Below are positions 17,157-24,362 of a stretch of DNA of 32,000 nt, in pieces. The notes under the pieces were generated by a model. The model was not told the origin of the DNA, made no database searches, and worked only from the letters and a program-made list of their open reading frames with translations. The DNA is from Nitratidesulfovibrio vulgaris str. Hildenborough (GTDB lineage: Bacteria > Desulfobacterota > Desulfovibrionia > Desulfovibrionales > Desulfovibrionaceae), in the NCBI RefSeq assembly GCF_000195755.1, contig NC_002937.3, positions 2,850,001 through 2,882,000 of the forward strand. Reading direction: 5' to 3'. Each line of letters starts with the position of its first letter. The first letter of the stretch is position 1. A program made the position numbers and the translations under genes.

Positions 17157-17999
17157 ATGCACACCCCCTGCACCTACCCCCTGCGCCTCGGCCGCATCGG
17201 ATACCTCAACGTGCTGCCCATCTACCACCCGCTGGAGACGGGCATCATCCCGCACGAGTTCGACATCGTTGCGGGGCCGCCCGCCGTGCTCAACAACATG
17301 ATGGCGCGTGGCGACCTGCATGTGTCCGCCACATCGTCCATCGAGTACGGACGCCATGCCGACGACTACCTTCTGGTGCCCGACATGGCCATCGGCAGCC
17401 GTGGGCCCGTCATGAGCGTGCTGCTTCTCTCGCGCCGCCCCGTCGAAGAACTTGCGGGGCAGACCGTACTCGTCAGTGCCGAGACCCATACCTCCGCCGC
17501 CCTGCTGCGCCTGCTGTTCCGCGAATACTACCGTTTCCCTGTCAGCTATGTCACCGGATGCGCCACCACGCAGATTGCAGGCCCAGAGGCCCCCGAGGCA
17601 TTTCTCGCCATCGGTGACGAGGCATTGCGCCTGCGCAACCACCCGGACTACCCCCATGTGCTCGACCTTGGCGAGGCATGGCGTCAGTGGACGGGGCTGC
17701 CCTTCATCTTCGGTGTCTGGGTGGTCAGCCGCGCCGCAGCCGCGGCCTGTCGCTTCAGCGAGAACCCCGCCGACCTGCTTCGCCGCGCCCGCGACTGGGG
17801 AGAGGCCCACATGGACACCATCCTCGACCTCACCCTTCAGGGATGCCCACTCACCCGCGAAGAACTGCGCGTCTACTACGACGGACTCGTGTACCACCTC
17901 GGTGACGAGGAACAGGAAGGGCTGAGGCTGTTCTACAGCCGACTCGCCGCCAGTGGCGACCTTGCACGCGCCCCCGCGCTCGCCTTCTTCGGCGCATAA
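17157..17999 (+). CDS. mqnA: Chorismate dehydratase (MqnA)
   Basis: LRLGRIGYLNVLPIYHPLETG ... FDIVAGPPAVLNNMMARGDLHVSATSSIEY ... LPFIFGVWVV is the typical MqnA (periplasmic-binding-protein-like fold) pattern. ATG 17157 has GGAGA 7 nt upstream. Confidence 0.8.
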   Translation: MHTPCTYPLRLGRIGYLNVLPIYHPLETGIIPHEFDIVAGPPAVLNNMMARGDLHVSATSSIEYGRHADDYLLVPDMAIGSRGPVMSVLLLSRRPVEELAGQTVLVSAETHTSAALLRLLFREYYRFPVSYVTGCATTQIAGPEAPEAFLAIGDEALRLRNHPDYPHVLDLGEAWRQWTGLPFIFGVWVVSRAAAAACRFSENPADLLRRARDWGEAHMDTILDLTLQGCPLTREELRVYYDGLVYHLGDEEQEGLRLFYSRLAASGDLARAPALAFFGA

Positions 18000-18035
18000 C
18001 CGTTCCTGCGCTGTTCCTGCTGCCGCACTTCAGGC

Positions 18036-18067
18036 TTGCATTATATATAGCAAACACTATATATAAT
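18036..18067 (+). promoter_or_regulatory. AT-rich perfect 11-bp inverted repeat ATTATATATAG-caaaca-CTATATATAAT overlapping a candidate promoter (TTGCAT - 16 nt - TATATA)
   Basis: Read directly: 18040-18050 and 18057-18067 are exact reverse complements. It sits 29 nt upstream of the ATG of the cyclase-like gene and is the only AT-rich patch in this spacer. Confidence 0.45.
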
Positions 18068-18095
18068 TTCGCAAGACGCTAGATGGAGGGGGCAT

Positions 18096-18983
18096 ATGGC
18101 AACCCGTGACAGCGGAACGTGGTGCAACGGCAACGGGCCTGCGGAAGAGATGCCCTCCCGCAGGGTATACGACGGAGATGTCTGCAAGGGTTACGACCAG
18201 CTGCCCCCGGCGCCCTCCAGTCGCCCCTCACCATACGAAACCGAAGCACCCCGCGCCTTCTGCGGGACAGTCCTCGTTGCCGACATCACCAACCATAGCC
18301 TGCTGTTCACACCCTCCAAGGAGACCGCCGGGCAGCAAGACACCGCAGACTCGCCGACGGCCTGCATCCTGATGCGAACGCTGCATGAACGCCTGCTTCC
18401 CGTCGTCATCACAGGTGCCGGAAACGTCAACGTCACCCGCGACGGCGTCACGGCAGCCTATGCGGACACGACGACGGAAACGGCGGCACGGCGGGCCATG
18501 CGGGATGCGCTCGAACTTCGGGCCCGTACAACGGCACTCCTCTCTTCCAGCCGGTATGCCAAGCTCATACCGCCCGGTACGGGGTTGCGCATCGCCATCG
18601 TCACGGGGGCGGTGCACCTTGTGCCCATTGAACCGCCCCTCGCCCATGCGTCCCGCACCGGCACCATCCTGCCCTTCATCATGGGCGACACGGTAAGCCT
18701 CGCCACGAGGCTGTGCGCCAGCAGCTTCCTGCGACCCGACGGGCTGGCCCTTTGCGACACCACCTACCGGGCGCTTCAGGGCGAACCCGGTCTTGCCAGC
18801 CTGCATTTCGCGCACCGTATGTGGCGACCCACCCCCGGCACGACCCACCCGATTCACCTGTTCCAATGCCGCTGCCCCCGCAACACGGCGAGAGGCACCG
18901 GAAAGACCCGCCCCCCTACACGTGCAGACGGTGCGCGCCATAAATCCCCCTGCCATTGCCGCGTGCCGTCTGCACGTTCCTGA
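18096..18983 (+). CDS. Stand-alone class III nucleotidyl-cyclase-homology-domain protein (partly degenerate active site)
   Basis: GGAGGGGG SD. GTVLVADITNHSLLF resembles the VTVLFADIxGFT strand with the first metal Asp. VNVTRDGVTAAY resembles IKTIGDAxM. GLRIAIVTGAVHL resembles LRIGIHTGPV. FIMGDTVSLATRLCAS resembles GDTVNxAxRLE, with Asn replaced by Ser. By-eye comparison only. Confidence 0.6.
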   Translation: MATRDSGTWCNGNGPAEEMPSRRVYDGDVCKGYDQLPPAPSSRPSPYETEAPRAFCGTVLVADITNHSLLFTPSKETAGQQDTADSPTACILMRTLHERLLPVVITGAGNVNVTRDGVTAAYADTTTETAARRAMRDALELRARTTALLSSSRYAKLIPPGTGLRIAIVTGAVHLVPIEPPLAHASRTGTILPFIMGDTVSLATRLCASSFLRPDGLALCDTTYRALQGEPGLASLHFAHRMWRPTPGTTHPIHLFQCRCPRNTARGTGKTRPPTRADGARHKSPCHCRVPSARS

Positions 18984-19106
18984 GTGCCTACCCGGATTCG
19001 GGCGCACCTGAAGACCACGTGACAAGACGACGCACACCGGAGGACACCATGTGACGCGGGCATATCCTGACCATGCCACCAGAACGCGAGAAGGGCTGTC
19101 GACAGA

Positions 19107-19295
19107 CTATGGTGTCGTGAGATGGCGTAGCAGCGAAAAGAAGGTGAAGAGCGACCACCCGAGGGCCAAACCCGCCACAAGCAGAGTGACGGGCATCGTC
19201 CTGCGGCCCTTACGCCCGAGGTCGCGAAGATAGAGGACGGCAGCTGCCGGAACAAGGACAAGCAAGGCCAGTTGCAGGAACACGCGCATCATCAT
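19107..19295 (-). CDS. Possible small (62 aa) two-helix membrane protein
   Basis: ATG start. MMMRVFLQLALLVLVPAAAVLYL and TLLVAGLALGWSLFTFFSLL are two hydrophobic helices separated by a basic loop (RDLGRKGRR). Third codon positions are mostly G/C. It lies 61 nt downstream of the EamA gene on the same strand. I see no clear SD. Confidence 0.4.
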   Translation of the reverse strand: MMMRVFLQLALLVLVPAAAVLYLRDLGRKGRRTMPVTLLVAGLALGWSLFTFFSLLRHLTTP

Positions 19296-19356
19296 CCCTC
19301 ACGTACGACAGACGGGAATGACCACGATGGCAAAGACGCCCGGAGGACGCCCGCCA

Positions 19357-20316
19357 TCAGTCGTCCTCGCCCGCACGGCACACCCGTTCACGTCGCCCGC
19401 CTGAAGACAGTCCAAGCCATATGGCAAAGAGCGCGAGAGACGCCCCCACAAGCCCCAAGGGCCCCGTGGGCCTGTCGAAGAACACGATGTCCCAGACGAA
19501 GGCAAGCGCAGGCTGCGCCAGCATGACCAGCCCCCCAAGCGAGGCGGGCAGACGCGGCAGACCGCTCGAAAGCAGCAGCCAGCCAAGCCCCTGACAGAAG
19601 ACGCCATAGACCAGCAGCACTGCCAGCGACCCCGCGTCGGGAATGGAGAAATCTCCGCCCCTGCCCAGCACGCCGAGACCGATGAGGGCCGCACACGCCA
19701 GTGAGACGAGCGCCATGTTCGCCTCTGCGGGCAACTGCCCCGCCATGCCCTGCGACCGCCGCAACAGCAGTATGTACAGCGCATACCAGAAGGCCGTGGC
19801 GAAGCCGTAGCCCACACCGGGAAGCATGTCACCGGACAGGCTGTCGGGCGTCACCCCGAGAAGCAGCCATAGCCCTGCCACGGCAAGGGGCATGGCCACC
19901 AGCAACCGGACGGGGATGCGTTCACGCAGCAGCAAGGCCCCGGCCAGTGCCACGAGAAAGACCTGAAAATTGCCGAGGATGGTCGCCAGCCCCGGCCCCA
20001 CCAGCAGGATGGAGCGATGCCAGCATTCGAGGTCGAATCCGAAGAAGAGGGCCGCCCCGAGTGTGACCGCGTAGACGCCCTTCGGCGCCGCGAAGCGCTG
20101 CCCGCGCCACAGGGCCACGGCAAGCAGGGCGACGCCGCCGAAGAACAGCCTGTAGAAGGCGGTCTGGCTGGGGCCCACGTCGACCATCTTCACGAAGACC
20201 GGCGAGAAGCTGATGATGACAGCCCCGGCGAACACGCGAAGCAGTCCGCCGCGGGAGAGACAGGTGGAATCTTCCATTGTCGCAGGATACGTGAAGCCCC
20301 CCGGCACGTCCAGCAT
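19357..20316 (-). CDS. EamA/DMT-family transporter (about 10 TM)
   Basis: Two EamA-like halves, for example FSPVFVKMVDVGPSQTAFYRLFFGGVALLAVALW and a repeated hydrophobic pattern. The start is uncertain: the track start 20343 is TTG, and ATG candidates are at 20316 and 20277, none with a good SD. Confidence 0.75.
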   Translation of the reverse strand: MLDVPGGFTYPATMEDSTCLSRGGLLRVFAGAVIISFSPVFVKMVDVGPSQTAFYRLFFGGVALLAVALWRGQRFAAPKGVYAVTLGAALFFGFDLECWHRSILLVGPGLATILGNFQVFLVALAGALLLRERIPVRLLVAMPLAVAGLWLLLGVTPDSLSGDMLPGVGYGFATAFWYALYILLLRRSQGMAGQLPAEANMALVSLACAALIGLGVLGRGGDFSIPDAGSLAVLLVYGVFCQGLGWLLLSSGLPRLPASLGGLVMLAQPALAFVWDIVFFDRPTGPLGLVGASLALFAIWLGLSSGGRRERVCRAGEDD

Positions 20317-20484
20317 GAGACCGGCGAGGGAGGGCGTGGGCAAGGCCTGAGCAGGACATCATGACCGCCTCAACACCGACGCCCTTCGGGTCTGCACGGC
20401 ATGAGCAGGGCACGAGAGGGCATCATGACCCGATGGCTTCCGGGCGGCCTGCCCTGCGGCACCCAAGACAGCAGTCAGCGAGGA

Positions 20485-22863
20485 CTAGCGTTCGCCAGCC
20501 CTGAGTCGGGCCTCGCGCGCTTCAGCCACATGGCCACGGGCGTCGAGGGCACGCGCCAGTTCAAGCCAGCCCTGCTTGAGGTCGGGACGCAGGGCGACAC
20601 TCTGCCTGGAGAGGGCCTCGGCCATGGCCGGGTCTTCTCCGCCATCAAGATAGAGACGGGCCATCAGCTGCAAGGCCACGGCATCCTGCGGATTACGCAA
20701 CAGGGCGTCGTGCAGATGCTCACGGGCCTCGTCGGGGCGGCCCTGTCGCATGGAGAGACGGGCGAGGTTGCGGTGGACGAGGCCGCCGGAGTCTCCCGCA
20801 CGGGCCGCCTTGTTGAAGTACTGGCGGGCCTGCGCGTAACGCTTCTCCCCTTCGGCGAGTTGACCGAGGCGCACCAGCGCGAAGACATGGCCCGGTGCGT
20901 ACTTGAGGCATTTCCGGTACTGCTTGCGGGCTTCGGCCGTCTCACCCAGCGACTGGCAGACCGTGCCAAGGTTGTACAGTGCCATGGGGTCGCCCGGCTT
21001 GCGTTGCAGCGCCTGTTCGAAGTAGCGGCGCGCCTCGCCGTGCCTGCCGAGACCCGCCATGCACACACCAAGCGAATTCCACGCCATGGTGTTGCCTTCG
21101 TCCGCCAGCAGGGCCGTCTTGTACTCCTCGATGGCACCGAACGTATCGCCGAGGCTGAACCGCTTGTCGGCGCTGATGTTGAGGGCCAGCGAATCGAAGA
21201 TGCCCACACGCGGTTCAGGCAGCAGCAAAGCGTATTCGAGGGCCTTGAGGGCGTTCTCCAGCGCGTCCGCCCTGCGGTAGGCGAGGAAGGGGTGGCACCC
21301 CACACCCACCGCGGCGTCGATGCGCAACCGCTTCGACAACAGGTCGCACAGCTGGCGGTAGCTTTCGCGCGCCGCGTCGCATGTCATATCGGGGTGGAAG
21401 AACACGATGCTGTTCAGGCCGTATCGCCCACCCAGAGTCTCTGCGCCGAAATGGTCGCGGCACAGTTGGGCAGCCTCCGCCATGAGCTGTTCGGGGTGCG
21501 AGGCACGCCCTTCCGGGTCGCGCCCGTCGTCGCTGAAGCGGACCAGCGCAAGGGCGAAGCAGTCGCAACCTTCGCGTGCCTCACTCCAGCGGGCGAGGAA
21601 GTCGCCATGCCGGTACAATCCGGTGAGGGGGTCCACCTGCACGCCGCTGGCATCGCGCCGGGCATCACCGCCCTTCTCCTCGGGCAGCAGGGTGAGCCTG
21701 TCGCCGGGTTCGATGGGCCACGTCGGGTCGCCAAGGTGCAGGATTTCAGCCACGCTCCGGTCTTCACGCACCTCAAGCAGCACGACCTCGCCCTTGTAGA
21801 GTGGCTGACGCGGTTCATGCGTCCCCCCGCGCACGGGATAGGCCACCGACCACACCGAGAAACGCTGCCCCTCGCGGGCGTTCATGCTCCGGCCCAGATT
21901 CACCATCACCCGCGAGAGGGGATGCGTCTCCACCACGGCCCCCCCCTCGGCGAGGATACGGGCGAAGCCCATCACACCGGGGCCTTCGCTGCCCTCACCC
22001 TCACCGGCAACGGCTGCCGCCAGACGCGCCTTGCGCAGCAGCACCCTCGCCTGTTCGGCCATGTCACGCTCGAACAGCGCCCCCTCCATGTCGCGGGGGT
22101 AGACGGCGTAACCAGCCGACACGCAGACGCGCACGGCCTTCTCCGTCAGTCCGCACCGCAGCGACACGGCGCTGAGGCGTTGCACGGCCTCTTCGGCCAG
22201 CTTGCGGCAGACGCCAGAGGCGGCCGCAGGAACCAGCAGGGCGAACTCGTAGTCTCCGGTGCGGGCCGCAAGAGCCTGTTCGGGCGCAAGGGCCGACAGT
22301 TCGCGGGCCAACTCTGTCGTGAGCCTGTCGGCGAAGGTGTAGCCGTGGTCACGCGCCACCTGCCGCAGCGAGGCGAGACGCACCACCACAAGTCCCATGC
22401 AGGCCCTGTGCAACGGTGCACCGAGGTCTCCCTCGCCCTCGGGCGGGTTGGCGAAACAGGTGCGCACATGGTCGGCCTCGCGCGCCATCCGTTCCACGAG
22501 ATGCTGCCGGGTGGACAGCCCGGTCAACGCATCGGTGCGCCCGGCCTTGTAGAGGGCGAGGTTCTCCATGCACAGCGCCAGCAACCCCGGGAAGGCGGGC
22601 ATCAGCGACCGCACGATGCGTCGGGGCACCCCGCGGGCCACGAACACGGCAAGCAGGGCGCCACCATGGATGAGCGGCAGCAGCAGCCGCCCCTCACCGG
22701 GCAACCACAGGGGTTCCACCGTCTCCGCCTCGCGGGGGAAGTAGAGACTGTAGGCCTTGAACGGCAGGAAACGCGACACGGCTTCGCGGAGGCGGGATTC
22801 GAGGGCGATGAGGTCGCGCCGCGAGAGTTCCGCCTCACGGCTGAGGAGTGCTGGTGCTGTCAT
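20485..22863 (-). CDS. Multidomain signalling protein: N-terminal sensor-like segment, degenerate GGDEF domain 1 (GDYEF), beta-rich middle domain, degenerate GGDEF domain 2 (GLNSI), C-terminal TPR repeats
   Basis: DALTGLSTRQHL ... ARTGDYEFALLV and DPLTGLYRHGDFL ... GGRYGLNSIVFF follow GGDEF-domain spacing, but the signature is not intact in either. The C-terminal ~230 aa has repeated TPR-like units (AWNSLGVCMAGLGRHGEARRYFEQALQRKPGD, ALYNLGTVCQSLGETAEARKQYRKCLKYAPG, and more). I set the start at ATG 22863 (MTAPALLSRE...). The track start 23655 would run through the divergent nitroreductase gene. Confidence 0.75.
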   Translation of the reverse strand: MTAPALLSREAELSRRDLIALESRLREAVSRFLPFKAYSLYFPREAETVEPLWLPGEGRLLLPLIHGGALLAVFVARGVPRRIVRSLMPAFPGLLALCMENLALYKAGRTDALTGLSTRQHLVERMAREADHVRTCFANPPEGEGDLGAPLHRACMGLVVVRLASLRQVARDHGYTFADRLTTELARELSALAPEQALAARTGDYEFALLVPAAASGVCRKLAEEAVQRLSAVSLRCGLTEKAVRVCVSAGYAVYPRDMEGALFERDMAEQARVLLRKARLAAAVAGEGEGSEGPGVMGFARILAEGGAVVETHPLSRVMVNLGRSMNAREGQRFSVWSVAYPVRGGTHEPRQPLYKGEVVLLEVREDRSVAEILHLGDPTWPIEPGDRLTLLPEEKGGDARRDASGVQVDPLTGLYRHGDFLARWSEAREGCDCFALALVRFSDDGRDPEGRASHPEQLMAEAAQLCRDHFGAETLGGRYGLNSIVFFHPDMTCDAARESYRQLCDLLSKRLRIDAAVGVGCHPFLAYRRADALENALKALEYALLLPEPRVGIFDSLALNISADKRFSLGDTFGAIEEYKTALLADEGNTMAWNSLGVCMAGLGRHGEARRYFEQALQRKPGDPMALYNLGTVCQSLGETAEARKQYRKCLKYAPGHVFALVRLGQLAEGEKRYAQARQYFNKAARAGDSGGLVHRNLARLSMRQGRPDEAREHLHDALLRNPQDAVALQLMARLYLDGGEDPAMAEALSRQSVALRPDLKQGWLELARALDARGHVAEAREARLRAGER

Positions 22864-23108
22864 GGTTCCGGTATATAGCCCGACGTCGCCCCGATGAAAA
22901 GCGTCAAGCATGTGAAGATGCGGATTTCGTTCATGAACAAAGGAACGGCGGCACGTAGCCCTTACCCGTCCGGCCCCTGTGACATCAGGACAGGGAACAT
23001 GGTGACATCCACACCATGATAAAGCCCTTGAGCCCCTGCGGGATGCGGCCCCGGGCTGGTCGATGCGCAGGCGGCCCCTGCCAGTCTCACCCGACCGATG
23101 CCTTTGAC

Positions 23109-23137
23109 TTGAACGATGGCCCCACAGGCGGTATGAC
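23109..23137 (+). promoter_or_regulatory. Candidate sigma70-type promoter for the nitroreductase operon (TTGAAC - 17 nt - TATGAC)
   Basis: Pattern match only. It lies about 60 nt upstream of ATG 23200. Confidence 0.3.
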
Positions 23138-23199
23138 TTTCCGCTGTGGCAGCAGCGCATGGCGCCATGCGGCCCGAATCTTCCCCGAGGAGACCCGGC

Positions 23200-23718
23200 A
23201 TGACACAGCAGGACGTCATACTCTGCGCCATCCGCGAACGGCGTAGCGTACGGCATTACACCGGCGAACCGGTCGCCCGCGAGACCGTGCGCACCATCCT
23301 TGATGCGGGCCGATGGGCCCCCAGCGGCCTCAACAACCAGCCATGGCGGTTTCTCGTCGTCTTTCCGGGCGACCCGCGGCAGGAAGTGCTCGCAGGGCTC
23401 ACCAAGTACGCACGCATCGTGCGCGAGGCGGGGGCGCTCATCATGGTGTGCCTCGAACGCCAGCGCATGTACAATGCCATGAAAGACCATCAGGGCGCCG
23501 GGGCCTGCATCCAGAACATGCTGCTTGGCGCACACGCCGTCGGCCTCGGGGCCGTCTGGCTTGGCGAGATCGTCAATCGTGGCGATGAGGTGCTCACTGC
23601 CACGGGCCTTTCGCCCGAACGTCTCGAACTCATGGCCGTCGTCGCGCTGGGCCACCCCGAACGCGCTGGCGGCGGCGACCGCATCCCCCTTGACGACATG
23701 CTTCTGGAGCCCTTCTGA
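23200..23718 (+). CDS. Nitroreductase-family FMN oxidoreductase
   Basis: AIRERRSVRHYTGEPVARETVRTILDAGRWAPSGLNNQPWRFLVV is the classic nitroreductase N-terminus. GAGGAG lies 7 nt upstream of ATG 23200. Confidence 0.85.
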   Translation: MTQQDVILCAIRERRSVRHYTGEPVARETVRTILDAGRWAPSGLNNQPWRFLVVFPGDPRQEVLAGLTKYARIVREAGALIMVCLERQRMYNAMKDHQGAGACIQNMLLGAHAVGLGAVWLGEIVNRGDEVLTATGLSPERLELMAVVALGHPERAGGGDRIPLDDMLLEPF

Positions 23719-24344
23719 TGCCTATCAAGACCTTTCCCCTCGGCCCGCTGGAGACCAACTGCCACCTCGTCCACAACGGCAGGACGGCCGTCGTCGTCGA
23801 CCCCGGCGGTGCTCCGCGCCCGGTGCTCAACTATCTGGAGATGCAGGGCCTCACCCTCACGCACATCCTGAACACGCACCTGCACTTCGACCACATCTAC
23901 GGCAACGCAGCCCTCGCCGCAGCCACGGGCGCGCCCATCCTCGCCAGTGCGGGTGACGCCTTCCTGCGGCAGACCGAACTCGGCAAGGGCGGGGCCTTCG
24001 GCTTTCCGGCTGTCGACGACTTCACGAGCATCGACCTCGAACCGGGCGAACACCGCTTCGGCGACCTCGCGTGCACCGCCTTCGCCACCCCCGGGCACAC
24101 ACCGGGCAGCCTCTCGTTCTATTTCCCCGAAGAGGACACCATCATCGTCGGCGACCTCATCTTCTACCGTTCCATAGGCAGAACGGACTTTCCCGGTGGC
24201 GACCTCGAAAAACTGCGGGCCTCCGTCCGCGACCACATCTTCACCCTGCCGGGCAAGACGCGCATCCTGCCCGGGCACGGCCCCGCCACATCGGTGGACG
24301 ACGAAACACGCAACAACCCGTATTTCGGAGACTTCGCCGTATAG
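23718..24344 (+). CDS. MBL-fold metallo-hydrolase (GloB/hydroxyacylglutathione-hydrolase-like)
   Basis: THILNTHLHFDHIYGN contains the HxHxDH zinc motif. PGHTPGS and LPGHGP are later metal ligands. The start ATG overlaps the nitroreductase stop (TGATG). Confidence 0.85.
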   Translation: MPIKTFPLGPLETNCHLVHNGRTAVVVDPGGAPRPVLNYLEMQGLTLTHILNTHLHFDHIYGNAALAAATGAPILASAGDAFLRQTELGKGGAFGFPAVDDFTSIDLEPGEHRFGDLACTAFATPGHTPGSLSFYFPEEDTIIVGDLIFYRSIGRTDFPGGDLEKLRASVRDHIFTLPGKTRILPGHGPATSVDDETRNNPYFGDFAV

Positions 24345-24362
24345 CGAAGCCCGGAGGACAGC

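Noticed and set aside
10487-17897. Series of long antisense ORFs (10487-11662 -, 11187-12224 -, 12226-13284 +, 13699-14538 +, 14928-16001 -, 15998-17173 -, 17034-17897 -)
   Set aside because: Each lies opposite a gene with clear family motifs (rhodanese, C_GCAxxG, qor, mqnD, mqnE, mqnC, mqnA). Their products are low-complexity and Arg/His/Gly-rich, with many non-ATG starts.
20401-22878. 825-aa ORF on the + strand
   Set aside because: It is exactly antisense to the GGDEF-TPR gene, whose domains are recognisable. The + strand product has no recognisable motif. This is a typical shadow ORF in high-GC DNA.
22864-23655. Upstream extension of the GGDEF-TPR ORF to 23655
   Set aside because: It would run antisense through the whole nitroreductase gene and the divergent spacer. 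The first credible N-terminus is at 22863, with a weaker alternative at 22911.
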